Of a stretch of 64,000 nucleotides of DNA, positions 19,959 through 27,179 are shown piece by piece. Position numbers and translations under genes: made by a program. The notes below the pieces were generated by a model that saw nothing but the letters and a program-made list of their open reading frames with translations, made no database searches and had not been told where the DNA came from. Positions within the stretch are counted from its first letter, which is position 1, and each line of letters starts with the position of its first letter. This stretch comes from Candidatus Forterrea multitransposorum CG_2015-17_Forterrea_25_41. GTDB taxonomy: Archaea; Iainarchaeota; Iainarchaeia; Iainarchaeales; CSSED10-239. The stretch covers positions 256,001 through 320,000 of the forward strand of contig CP045477.1 in the NCBI GenBank assembly GCA_009392915.1, in the 5' to 3' direction.

Positions 19959-20306
19959 ATGAATAGTAATAAAGGTTTTTTTGGTGGTATTCCTTTAATT
20001 GCAAAGATATTAGTAGTGTCTGTTATTGCAATTTTGATTGTTCCTGGGGCAATGGCAATTTTTCCTTGGGTTAAGTATGTTATAATGGGTTTAATTGTTT
20101 TTTTTATTTATGAAAACGCAGCACAGGCTTTTGGTGAAAAAAATATTCTTACCTTTATTGTGACTGGTATTTTAGCTTATTTTTTAGTTTATAAATATTT
20201 ATTTCTTACAAGTGCTATAATGATGGCATATTTATTTTTAGGCTTTGGTTTAGTTTCTGTTTTCTTTTGGGGAACTTCTACTCTTTCCAGAAAAGGCAAA
20301 AAATAA
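19959..20306 (+). CDS. Small polytopic membrane protein (~115 aa)
   Basis: The ORF track begins at GTG 19929, overlapping the previous gene. In-frame ATG 19959 lies 7 nt after the previous stop and is preferred. Four hydrophobic segments; ends with the basic tail SRKGKK. Confidence 0.6.
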   Translation: MNSNKGFFGGIPLIAKILVVSVIAILIVPGAMAIFPWVKYVIMGLIVFFIYENAAQAFGEKNILTFIVTGILAYFLVYKYLFLTSAIMMAYLFLGFGLVSVFFWGTSTLSRKGKK

Positions 20307-20314
20307 TTTTAATA

Positions 20315-20388
20315 GGATCTATGGTGTAGCCTGGATAGCACGTAGGCTTGCGGAGCCTAAAACTTGGGTTCAAATCCCAATAGATCCG
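20315..20388 (+). tRNA. tRNA-Arg (anticodon GCG)
   Basis: Hand-folded cloverleaf of 74 nt: acceptor GGATCTA/TAGATCC, D-arm GTGT-AGCCTGGATA-GCAC, anticodon arm TAGGC-TTGCGGA-GCCTA, T-arm TTGGG-TTCAAAT-CCCAA, discriminator G. GC-rich island in AT-rich DNA; no encoded CCA. Confidence 0.88.
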
Positions 20389-20427
20389 TCTTTATTCTTC
20401 TCTAAATGCCCATAAAATAAGGTTTTT

Positions 20428-20446
20428 AACACATCTATTTAAAAAG
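20428..20446 (+). promoter_or_regulatory. BRE/TATA-like promoter element AACACATCTATTTAAAAAG upstream of the HU gene
   Basis: Identical 19-mer at 34294-34312 (upstream of rpoH). A related TATTTAAAAA-N-TTTGGT.TTAT element lies at 58355-58380. It sits ~62 nt upstream of the HU ATG, which has its own GGGGG SD. Confidence 0.5.
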
Positions 20447-20507
20447 CTTTGGTATTATTAATTAATTAAAACATATAACTTTTATTACATAAAAGGGGGA
20501 ATTAAAA

Positions 20508-20777
20508 ATGAATAAAAGTACTTTAATAGAAGCTGTTGTTAAGAAAACAGATTTATCAAAAGCAAAAGCTGAAGAGTTTATTAATACAACTTTAGAAGCT
20601 ATGAAAGTAATTGTAAAAAAAGAAGGTAAATTACAATTAGTTGGTTTTGGTACATTCAAAGTTAAAAAAAGAGCTGCTAGAATGGGTAGAAATCCACAAA
20701 CAGGAAAATCTATGAAAATAGCTGCTAGTAAAACAGTTTCATTCAAAGTTGGTAAAGAATTTAAAGAGAGATTATAA
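20508..20777 (+). CDS. hup: Bacterial-type DNA-binding protein HU/IHF family (89 aa)
   Basis: Full-length match to the HU signature: MNKS.LI..V......SKA.AE.....T.......V..G..LQLVGFGTF.V..RAAR.GRNPQTG....I.A....SFK.GK..K. SD GGGGG lies 9 nt upstream. Confidence 0.9.
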   Translation: MNKSTLIEAVVKKTDLSKAKAEEFINTTLEAMKVIVKKEGKLQLVGFGTFKVKKRAARMGRNPQTGKSMKIAASKTVSFKVGKEFKERL

Positions 20778-20806
20778 ATCTCTTTTTTTTTCTTTTTCTT
20801 TTTTTT
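20766..20806 (+). terminator. Hairpin (agagat/atctct) plus long oligo-T tract after the HU gene
   Basis: Sequence tctttttttttctttttctttttttt immediately follows the stop. Oligo-T tracts are the known archaeal termination signal. Confidence 0.6.
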
Positions 20807-20912
20807 ATAATTTTTTAAAAAATCTATTTTTTAATAATCCCACTACTTCTTTTAAAACCTTTGTATCATAATTATGTTATACAATTAATATAAAAAAGGA
20901 GCAAAGATATAT

Positions 20913-21189
20913 ATGTTATCAAAAATAGATGATAGACAAAGATTTACAATTTCAAAAAATCTTTTAAAAGAAAATAAATATTTCTTAGATTTCAATTTAG
21001 AAAACTCAACTGTACTTTTAAGTCCATTCTCTACTGCTCCCCATCATCACTAATTCTAAAATAATTGTTTCTTCTGACAAGAAAAACAGATTTCTAATAC
21101 CTACAAGTATAAGAAAGTCTTTTGGCGTCTATAGTTTTGTAGAGGTCACTTTAAAGGAAGATTCTAAACTTTTATTGAAGTTTATTTAA
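20913..21189 (+). pseudogene. AbrB/SpoVT-like double-domain gene, apparently frameshifted (46-aa ORF 20913-21053, plus a start-less +1-frame continuation to 21189)
   Basis: ORF 1, with a GGAG RBS: MLSKIDDRQRFTISKNLLKENKYFLDFNLENSTVLLSPFSTAPHHH*. The +1 frame is open from 21022: ..IVSSDKKNRFLIPTSIRKSFGVYSFVEVTLKEDSKLLLKFI*. Both halves resemble the swapped-hairpin pattern D.kgR..IP..iR. The frames overlap only at 21022-21053, which contains a CCCC run (21039-21042). Confidence 0.4.
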
Positions 21190-21198
21190 ACTTATAAT

Positions 21199-21271
21199 GG
21201 TCATAATAGTGTAGTGGTTAGCATAGGAGTCTGTGGAGCTTCTGGCCCGGGTTCAAATCCCGGTTATGACC
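21199..21271 (+). tRNA. tRNA-His (anticodon GUG) with genomically encoded G-1
   Basis: 8-bp acceptor stem G-1:C73 plus GTCATAA/TTATGAC, anticodon arm GGAGT-CTGTGGA-GCTTC, T-arm CCGGG-TTCAAAT-CCCGG. An extra 5' G pairing with C73 is the tRNA-His hallmark. Confidence 0.88.
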
Positions 21272-21284
21272 CTTTTTAACCTTC

Positions 21285-21364
21285 CTTTTAAGAAAAGAAA
21301 CGTTAACGAAAGAAAAGTAAACTTTCTTTTAGGTAAAGAAACGGTATAACAAAAGAAAAGTAAA
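21285..21364. repeat. Imperfect tandem duplication (37 nt + 39 nt) in the tRNA-His/hisS spacer
   Basis: Copy 1 (21285-21321): cttttaagaaaagaaacgttaacgaaagaaaagtaaa. Copy 2 (21326-21364): cttttaggtaaagaaacggtataacaaaagaaaagtaaa. Confidence 0.6.
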
Positions 21365-21453
21365 AAGAGATGTTAAAATGAAAAAAAAAATAAAAACATT
21401 TACTTTTTATATGTTTTTGTAATTAAAATATAATATAGAAAAAAAGATTAAAT

Positions 21454-22770
21454 ATGAATGATAAAATAATACTTGAAACCGCAAAAGGTTTTAGAGACTT
21501 TTCTCCTGAAGAAAAGATATTAAGAGATAAAGTTATTTTTAAAATAAAAAACATTTTTGAAAATTATGGTTTTTCTCCTCTAGAGACCCCAACTGTTGAA
21601 AAATTAGAAATTTTAGAAGCAAAGTTTGGAGCTGGAGAAGCTTCAGATGCAGTTTCTGAAATCTATAGGTTTAAAGATCAAGGTGATAGAGACTTAGGTC
21701 TAAGATATGAGTTTACTTTTGCCTTAGCAAGATACATTGGAATGAATCCTCAAACAAGACTTCCTTTTAAAAGATACCAAATAGGTCCAGTTTTTAGAGA
21801 TGGTCCTATTAAAGCAGGAAGATATAGAGAGTTTTATCAATGTGATGTTGATATTATAGGTGTTAATTCTCAAGAAGCTGATGCTGAAATAATTTCTTTA
21901 CTTGATTATGTTTTTAAAGAACTTAATCTAGAGGTTAACATAGAAATTAACGATAGACGTCTTTTAGAAGAAATCTTAGATTTTCTAAAAGTTACAAAAG
22001 AAAAACAAACTTCAGTAATTATAACTATTGATAAGCTTAAGAAAACAGGTAAGGAAGGGGTTAAAAATGAGCTTTTATCTAAAGGTTTAGATGAAAATAC
22101 CTGTGATTCACTGTTAAATATACTTCTTATCTCTAAAACAAACCAAGAAGCTTTAGAAGACCTATCTAAAACAATAGGAGAAACAGAAGGTATTGTTTCT
22201 TTAAGAAATTTATTTAGTTTTTTAGAGTATTATAATGTTAATTATATTTTCCTACCTTCTCTTGCAAGAGGGCTTGGTTACTATACAGGTCCAATCTTTG
22301 AAGTTTTTTTAAAAGATGAAACTATAATGTCTTCTTCAATTGCTGGTGGAGGAAGATGGGATAAAATGATAGGAAAATACTTGCAAGATGAAAATAGAAA
22401 TTATCCTGCTGTGGGTGTTGCTTTTGGTCTTGAACCAATCATGGAAATTATAAAAAAAAGAGATGGTATGGATAAAAAAACAACTGCTGATCTTTTTATA
22501 ATACCAATTGGTGATAAAAATATAAAAAAAGCTATTAGAATAACTCAAGAGATTAGAAAACAAAAAGTTAATACTTCAATTGATCTTTTAAAAAGAAATA
22601 TTGGAAAAAATATAGATTATGCAGATAAACTTGGTATAACATATGTTGGTTTTTTAGGAGAAAATGAAATTTTAGAAAATAAAATAAAAATTAAAAATAT
22701 AAAAACTGGAGAAGAATCTTTAATTGATGTTAAAGATGTTAAAAAACATTTAGTTGTAGAAGGTAATTAG
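21454..22770 (+). CDS. hisS: Histidyl-tRNA synthetase (class IIa)
   Basis: Motifs GFRDFSPEE, LRYEFTFALARY, FKRYQIGPVFRDGPIKAGRYREFYQCDVDIIG, GLGYYTGPIFE and GGGRWD are typical HisRS motifs. Confidence 0.93.
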   Translation: MNDKIILETAKGFRDFSPEEKILRDKVIFKIKNIFENYGFSPLETPTVEKLEILEAKFGAGEASDAVSEIYRFKDQGDRDLGLRYEFTFALARYIGMNPQTRLPFKRYQIGPVFRDGPIKAGRYREFYQCDVDIIGVNSQEADAEIISLLDYVFKELNLEVNIEINDRRLLEEILDFLKVTKEKQTSVIITIDKLKKTGKEGVKNELLSKGLDENTCDSLLNILLISKTNQEALEDLSKTIGETEGIVSLRNLFSFLEYYNVNYIFLPSLARGLGYYTGPIFEVFLKDETIMSSSIAGGGRWDKMIGKYLQDENRNYPAVGVAFGLEPIMEIIKKRDGMDKKTTADLFIIPIGDKNIKKAIRITQEIRKQKVNTSIDLLKRNIGKNIDYADKLGITYVGFLGENEILENKIKIKNIKTGEESLIDVKDVKKHLVVEGN

Positions 22771-22772
22771 AT

Positions 22773-23399
22773 ATGGTTAAAGGCGCTATAAAACCAATTA
22801 AATTAGAAAATATAACTTACTCTACAGGCAAGGGTTTAAAAAAATATGTTCCTAAAAATATTAGAAGTACTTTAAAGATAGAATACTTAGAAAAAAATAC
22901 AACTATTAGTAGAGCTTTTAAAAATAAATTAGAAAAAAATGTATCTGAATTCTATACTAAAAAAGCAACTACTAAAGAAGAATATTTTTCAAAAAAACAT
23001 TCTCAAATCTTAAAAGAATTTAATAGTCTTAGTTTGAAAACTGACCTTCTATCTTTAAATGAAAAACTAAAAGATATTAATGTTTCTTTTAATTATTTAA
23101 TTTCAAGATTACAACAATCAAAATCAAAAGAAACTACTTATCAAAGAAGGGTTTTTACTGCCTTTTTTAAAAAAGAAAAAGAAACAGTAAAAAGTCTTGT
23201 AGATAATTTAAATCAAATAAATAAAATTGATCTTAAAATATTTAAGCTTAGCTCTGATCCTGCTTTTAAAGAAAATATATCTTCTTTAGGACATGAAAGA
23301 ACATTGTTAACTGAAAAAACATTAGAAAAGTATACTGAACTAAAAATGAATTTAGATCTTTTTACTTCAAGTAATATGCTTGAAGCATTTAGTCTTTAA
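22773..23399 (+). CDS. Hypothetical Lys-rich, predicted helical protein (208 aa)
   Basis: ORF starts 2 nt after the hisS stop. No recognisable motif. Confidence 0.5.
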   Translation: MVKGAIKPIKLENITYSTGKGLKKYVPKNIRSTLKIEYLEKNTTISRAFKNKLEKNVSEFYTKKATTKEEYFSKKHSQILKEFNSLSLKTDLLSLNEKLKDINVSFNYLISRLQQSKSKETTYQRRVFTAFFKKEKETVKSLVDNLNQINKIDLKIFKLSSDPAFKENISSLGHERTLLTEKTLEKYTELKMNLDLFTSSNMLEAFSL

Positions 23400-23436
23400 A
23401 ATAATTTAACAAAAGCAATACAAATAATGATCAAAA

Positions 23437-24375
23437 ATGGCAATAAACAATTTAATATTTAATGAAATTATAAAAAGAGGATATTCCCTTGAAGGAAACA
23501 CAAGAGTATGGGATTTATCAGATTCTAAACTTTGGTATATTACTCCTAAACAGTCTCAAGGTTTTTTAAATGTTGAAGAAGATGCAGAATATAAAAAATC
23601 TTTAACTGAAGTTGAAATTAGTTTAATTAAAAATAATCTTAACTTTATTCTCTCACAATTAAAAGCAAAATCATATAATATAGTTGATATTGGTTGTGGA
23701 AATGGTAAAAAAGCTTCTTTATTTATTGGACAACTTTCAAAACATCTCTCTATTAGATATTGCCCAATTGATATTAGTTCTTACATGGTAAATACAGCTT
23801 CTGAAACTATTAGAAGATTAAACATAGGTGATGTTTTAGAGTTTAGTTGGAATATTTCTGATTTTGAAAATCTAGATAATGTTACAGCTCTTTTTAGAAA
23901 TCAAAGTTATAAACATCATTTTATGTTATTTCTAGGAAACACTATGGGTAATTTTAGCCAAAATAACATCTTAGCAACTATTAAGAAAAGTATGAAGAAA
24001 GGAGATTATCTTTTAATTGGAAATGGTATTATTGATAAAGTTACTCCTGAACTTATTAAAAGTTATTATAATAAAGCAATGATTGATTTTTTAGTTCAAC
24101 CATTAAAGCTTATAGGCTTTAAAAAAAATGAACTAAATTATAGTTCTAGGTTTGTAAATTCAAGAATGGAAATGTATTTTACTGTTTTAAAAGATAAAAC
24201 AATTAAAAGTATGGATAAAGTTATTAATTTCAAGAAAGGAGATCAGATAACAGTTGGTATATCTTATAAATATAAAAAGACAGATTTTAAAAAGATTTTA
24301 GGTAAATTTTTTAGAAAAGTTAAAATTATAACAAATAAAGAAGAAACTTATGCTCTTGCTTTTTGTAATGTTTAG
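23437..24375 (+). CDS. SAM-dependent methyltransferase, EgtD/Methyltransf_33-like
   Basis: Motif I IVDIGCGNGKK, then YCPIDISSYMV..A, FLGNTMGNFSQNN and KKGDYLLIGNG. This matches the pattern L.E.G.G...K / Y.PiDiS / flGStiGNf / gd.lLiG of histidine-specific methyltransferase-type proteins. Confidence 0.65.
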   Translation: MAINNLIFNEIIKRGYSLEGNTRVWDLSDSKLWYITPKQSQGFLNVEEDAEYKKSLTEVEISLIKNNLNFILSQLKAKSYNIVDIGCGNGKKASLFIGQLSKHLSIRYCPIDISSYMVNTASETIRRLNIGDVLEFSWNISDFENLDNVTALFRNQSYKHHFMLFLGNTMGNFSQNNILATIKKSMKKGDYLLIGNGIIDKVTPELIKSYYNKAMIDFLVQPLKLIGFKKNELNYSSRFVNSRMEMYFTVLKDKTIKSMDKVINFKKGDQITVGISYKYKKTDFKKILGKFFRKVKIITNKEETYALAFCNV

Positions 24376-24497
24376 TTTTTTAATTAATTAAAAGAATTAT
24401 TCTGAAATAAACTAGTTTTAAAATAAAAAATAACTTTTAAAAACAATGCATACAATAATATATAAGTTATTTATAGATATATTTATGTGATTTTTGT

Positions 24498-27167
24498 ATG
24501 GCTGAAACAGAACTTAAAAAACAAGTAAGACCAATGTTTGAAAAAAACTGGAAAGAACATTATCAAGTAGATGCTCTTGAAAAACTTGGTTATGAAAGAA
24601 AAGTTTGCAGGAAATGTAATAAACCTTTCTGGACAAACACAAACAGAGATACTTGTGCTGAATCTACTTGTGAAGAAAGAAGTTTTATTGGAAAAAAAAC
24701 AAAAGAATTTTCATATACACAGACCTGGAAAGAAATTGAAAAATTCTTTGAAAGTAAAGGACATACTTCAATACCAAGATACCCTGTTATACCAAGATGG
24801 AGAAATGATCTTTATTTTACAAATGCATCAATCATTGATTTTCAACCATATGTTGTTAATGGAGAAGTTAAACCTCCAGCAGACCCTTTAATAGTTCCAC
24901 AAACTTCAATAAGGTTTGGAGATATTACAAATGTTGGTGTTACTGGAACACATTATACAACTTTTGTAATGTTTGGTCAACATGCTTTTAATACAGATCC
25001 TAAAAAACCATACTGGAAAAACGAAGCTTTATCTCTAGATTTTGAATATTTAACAAAAGTTATTGGTGTTAAAGAAAAAGATTTAGTCTTCTTTGAAGAT
25101 GTTTGGGAAGGTGGAGGTTATTTTGGACCTTCAATGGAATATTATGCACATGGTGTTGAACTTGGTAATTGTGTTTTTATGCAATTTCAAGATCTTGGAA
25201 ATAAACAATATGATCAATTAAAAAGACCAATTATAGATATGGGTGCTGGTTTTGAAAGACTTGCATGGTATACAAATGGTACACCTACAAGTTATGATGT
25301 AACTTTTAAAGATTTATTAGATTATTTAAAAAAATATACAAAAGTTAAATTTGACGGAAAACTTTTAGAAAGATTTTATAAACTTTCAGGAGAATTAAAT
25401 ATTGATGAAATTTCAGATGTTGATAAAAAATATAATGAGATTTCAGAAAAACTAGGTTTTGATAAAAAAGAACTTCTAGAAAAACTTTCTCCTGTTCATG
25501 CTCTTTATGCTATATGTGATCATACTAAAACATTACTTTATACTTCAACTGATGGTTTATTACCTTCAAATTCAGGAGGAGGATATAATTTAAGGATATT
25601 AGCAAGAAGAGTTTTAGATTTAAATAAAGAATTTAATTTTAATTTAGATTTTGAAAAAATATTTGAAATACATGTAACTTCTTTAAAAGATTTTGATCCA
25701 ACTTTAAGAAATGGTTTAAAGACTGTTATTGATGTTTTTAGAGAAGAAGAAAAAAAATATATTGCAAGTAAAGAAAAAGCTGTTCAAAAAATAAATGCTT
25801 TTTCATCTTCTAAAAAACAATTAACAACAGAAGATCTTGTAACTTTATATAAAAGTGATGGAATTACAGCTGAACAAATAAAAGAAGTTTACAAAGATAT
25901 TGAAATTCCAACAGATTATTTTACAAAAATAACTTTAGATAATGCTCAAGAAAAAGCAAAACAAGAAAACTTCTTAGATAAGCTTTTAGAAAATGAAAAT
26001 AAAGAAATTATTAAAGCTTTAAAAAATACAGAAAAATTATACTATCAAGGAATTACAGAAGTTACTGCAAAAGTAATTTTTTCTTCTAAAAAATTTGTTA
26101 TTCTTGACAAAAGTGTTTTCTATCCTCAAGGTGGAGGACAAAACTATGATCATGGAACCATAAATGGTCTTTATGATGTTTCTGAAGTTTATAATTATGA
26201 AGGAAAAATATTAGTTGTTTTAGATAATTCTCAAAAAGAGTTAAATATTGGACAAAATGTAATCTGTTTAGTTGACAGAGAAAGACAAATACAACTTAGA
26301 TCTCAACATTCTTCAACACATCTTCTAAATGCTGCTGCAAGAAAAGTTTTAGGGAATCATATCTGGCAAGCAGGTGCTTTTAAAGACGTTTCTCAAGCTC
26401 ATTTAGATGTAACTCATTATAGAGCAATTACTGATGAAGAGATAAATGAAATTGAAAATCAAGTTAATGAATGGATTCTTGAAGGAATACCAATAAATAA
26501 TTATGAACTTTCAAAAGATGAAGCTGAGAAAAAATATGGCTTTAGACTTTACCAAGGTGGTGCAATTCCTGGGAATGTTTTAAGAATATTAGAGATTCAA
26601 GGAATAGATGTACAAGCATGTGCAGGTCTTCATTTAACAAACACATCTCAAGCTGGTATCTTTAAGATTATTAAAAGAACTTCTGTTCAAGATGGTGTTG
26701 AGAGAATAATTTTTACAACTTATAAATCTGCTTTAAAATATATTAAAGAAAATGAAAATATTTTAAATAACTCTTCTCAAGTTCTTTCAGTTTCAAGAGT
26801 TGAACTTGAAAAAACCATTAAAAATTTCTTTAAGGAATGGAAAGAACAAAGAAAAGAAATTGATTCTTTAAGAGAAAGAATTGCTGAATATGAAACCAAT
26901 AATGTTATTGAAACTTCTGAAAAGAAAGTAATTGCAAAGTTTAATTTAGATTCTATTGAAATTTTAAAAATCTTTAAAAAAGTTGGAAATGTTGAAAAAG
27001 CAAAAGATAAAACAATTGCTATATATAATAATAATGGTAATGTTTTTATCTATAAAGGACCAGATTCAAAAATTTCAATTGAAGAAGTAAAAACTGAACT
27101 TGAAGAAAAAATGAAAAGAAAAATAAAAGGAGGAGGAAATATCCTCTTCCAAGGTAAATTTATATAA
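24498..27167 (+). CDS. alaS: Alanyl-tRNA synthetase (archaeal type)
   Basis: 889 aa. Editing-domain motifs HSSTHLLNAAARKVLG and CAGLHL; catalytic-core motifs FTNASIIDFQP and FEDVWEGGGYFGPSMEY. Confidence 0.92.
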   Translation: MAETELKKQVRPMFEKNWKEHYQVDALEKLGYERKVCRKCNKPFWTNTNRDTCAESTCEERSFIGKKTKEFSYTQTWKEIEKFFESKGHTSIPRYPVIPRWRNDLYFTNASIIDFQPYVVNGEVKPPADPLIVPQTSIRFGDITNVGVTGTHYTTFVMFGQHAFNTDPKKPYWKNEALSLDFEYLTKVIGVKEKDLVFFEDVWEGGGYFGPSMEYYAHGVELGNCVFMQFQDLGNKQYDQLKRPIIDMGAGFERLAWYTNGTPTSYDVTFKDLLDYLKKYTKVKFDGKLLERFYKLSGELNIDEISDVDKKYNEISEKLGFDKKELLEKLSPVHALYAICDHTKTLLYTSTDGLLPSNSGGGYNLRILARRVLDLNKEFNFNLDFEKIFEIHVTSLKDFDPTLRNGLKTVIDVFREEEKKYIASKEKAVQKINAFSSSKKQLTTEDLVTLYKSDGITAEQIKEVYKDIEIPTDYFTKITLDNAQEKAKQENFLDKLLENENKEIIKALKNTEKLYYQGITEVTAKVIFSSKKFVILDKSVFYPQGGGQNYDHGTINGLYDVSEVYNYEGKILVVLDNSQKELNIGQNVICLVDRERQIQLRSQHSSTHLLNAAARKVLGNHIWQAGAFKDVSQAHLDVTHYRAITDEEINEIENQVNEWILEGIPINNYELSKDEAEKKYGFRLYQGGAIPGNVLRILEIQGIDVQACAGLHLTNTSQAGIFKIIKRTSVQDGVERIIFTTYKSALKYIKENENILNNSSQVLSVSRVELEKTIKNFFKEWKEQRKEIDSLRERIAEYETNNVIETSEKKVIAKFNLDSIEILKIFKKVGNVEKAKDKTIAIYNNNGNVFIYKGPDSKISIEEVKTELEEKMKRKIKGGGNILFQGKFI

Positions 27168-27179
27168 AGTGAATAAAAA

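Noticed and set aside
20462-20746. 94-aa minus-strand ORF overlapping the HU gene
   Set aside because: The plus-strand product matches the HU family end to end and has an SD and terminator. The antisense ORF is a by-product.
24571-24891. 106-aa same-strand, alternate-frame ORF inside alaS
   Set aside because: It lies wholly within the AlaRS coding frame, and its translation has no features of a real protein.
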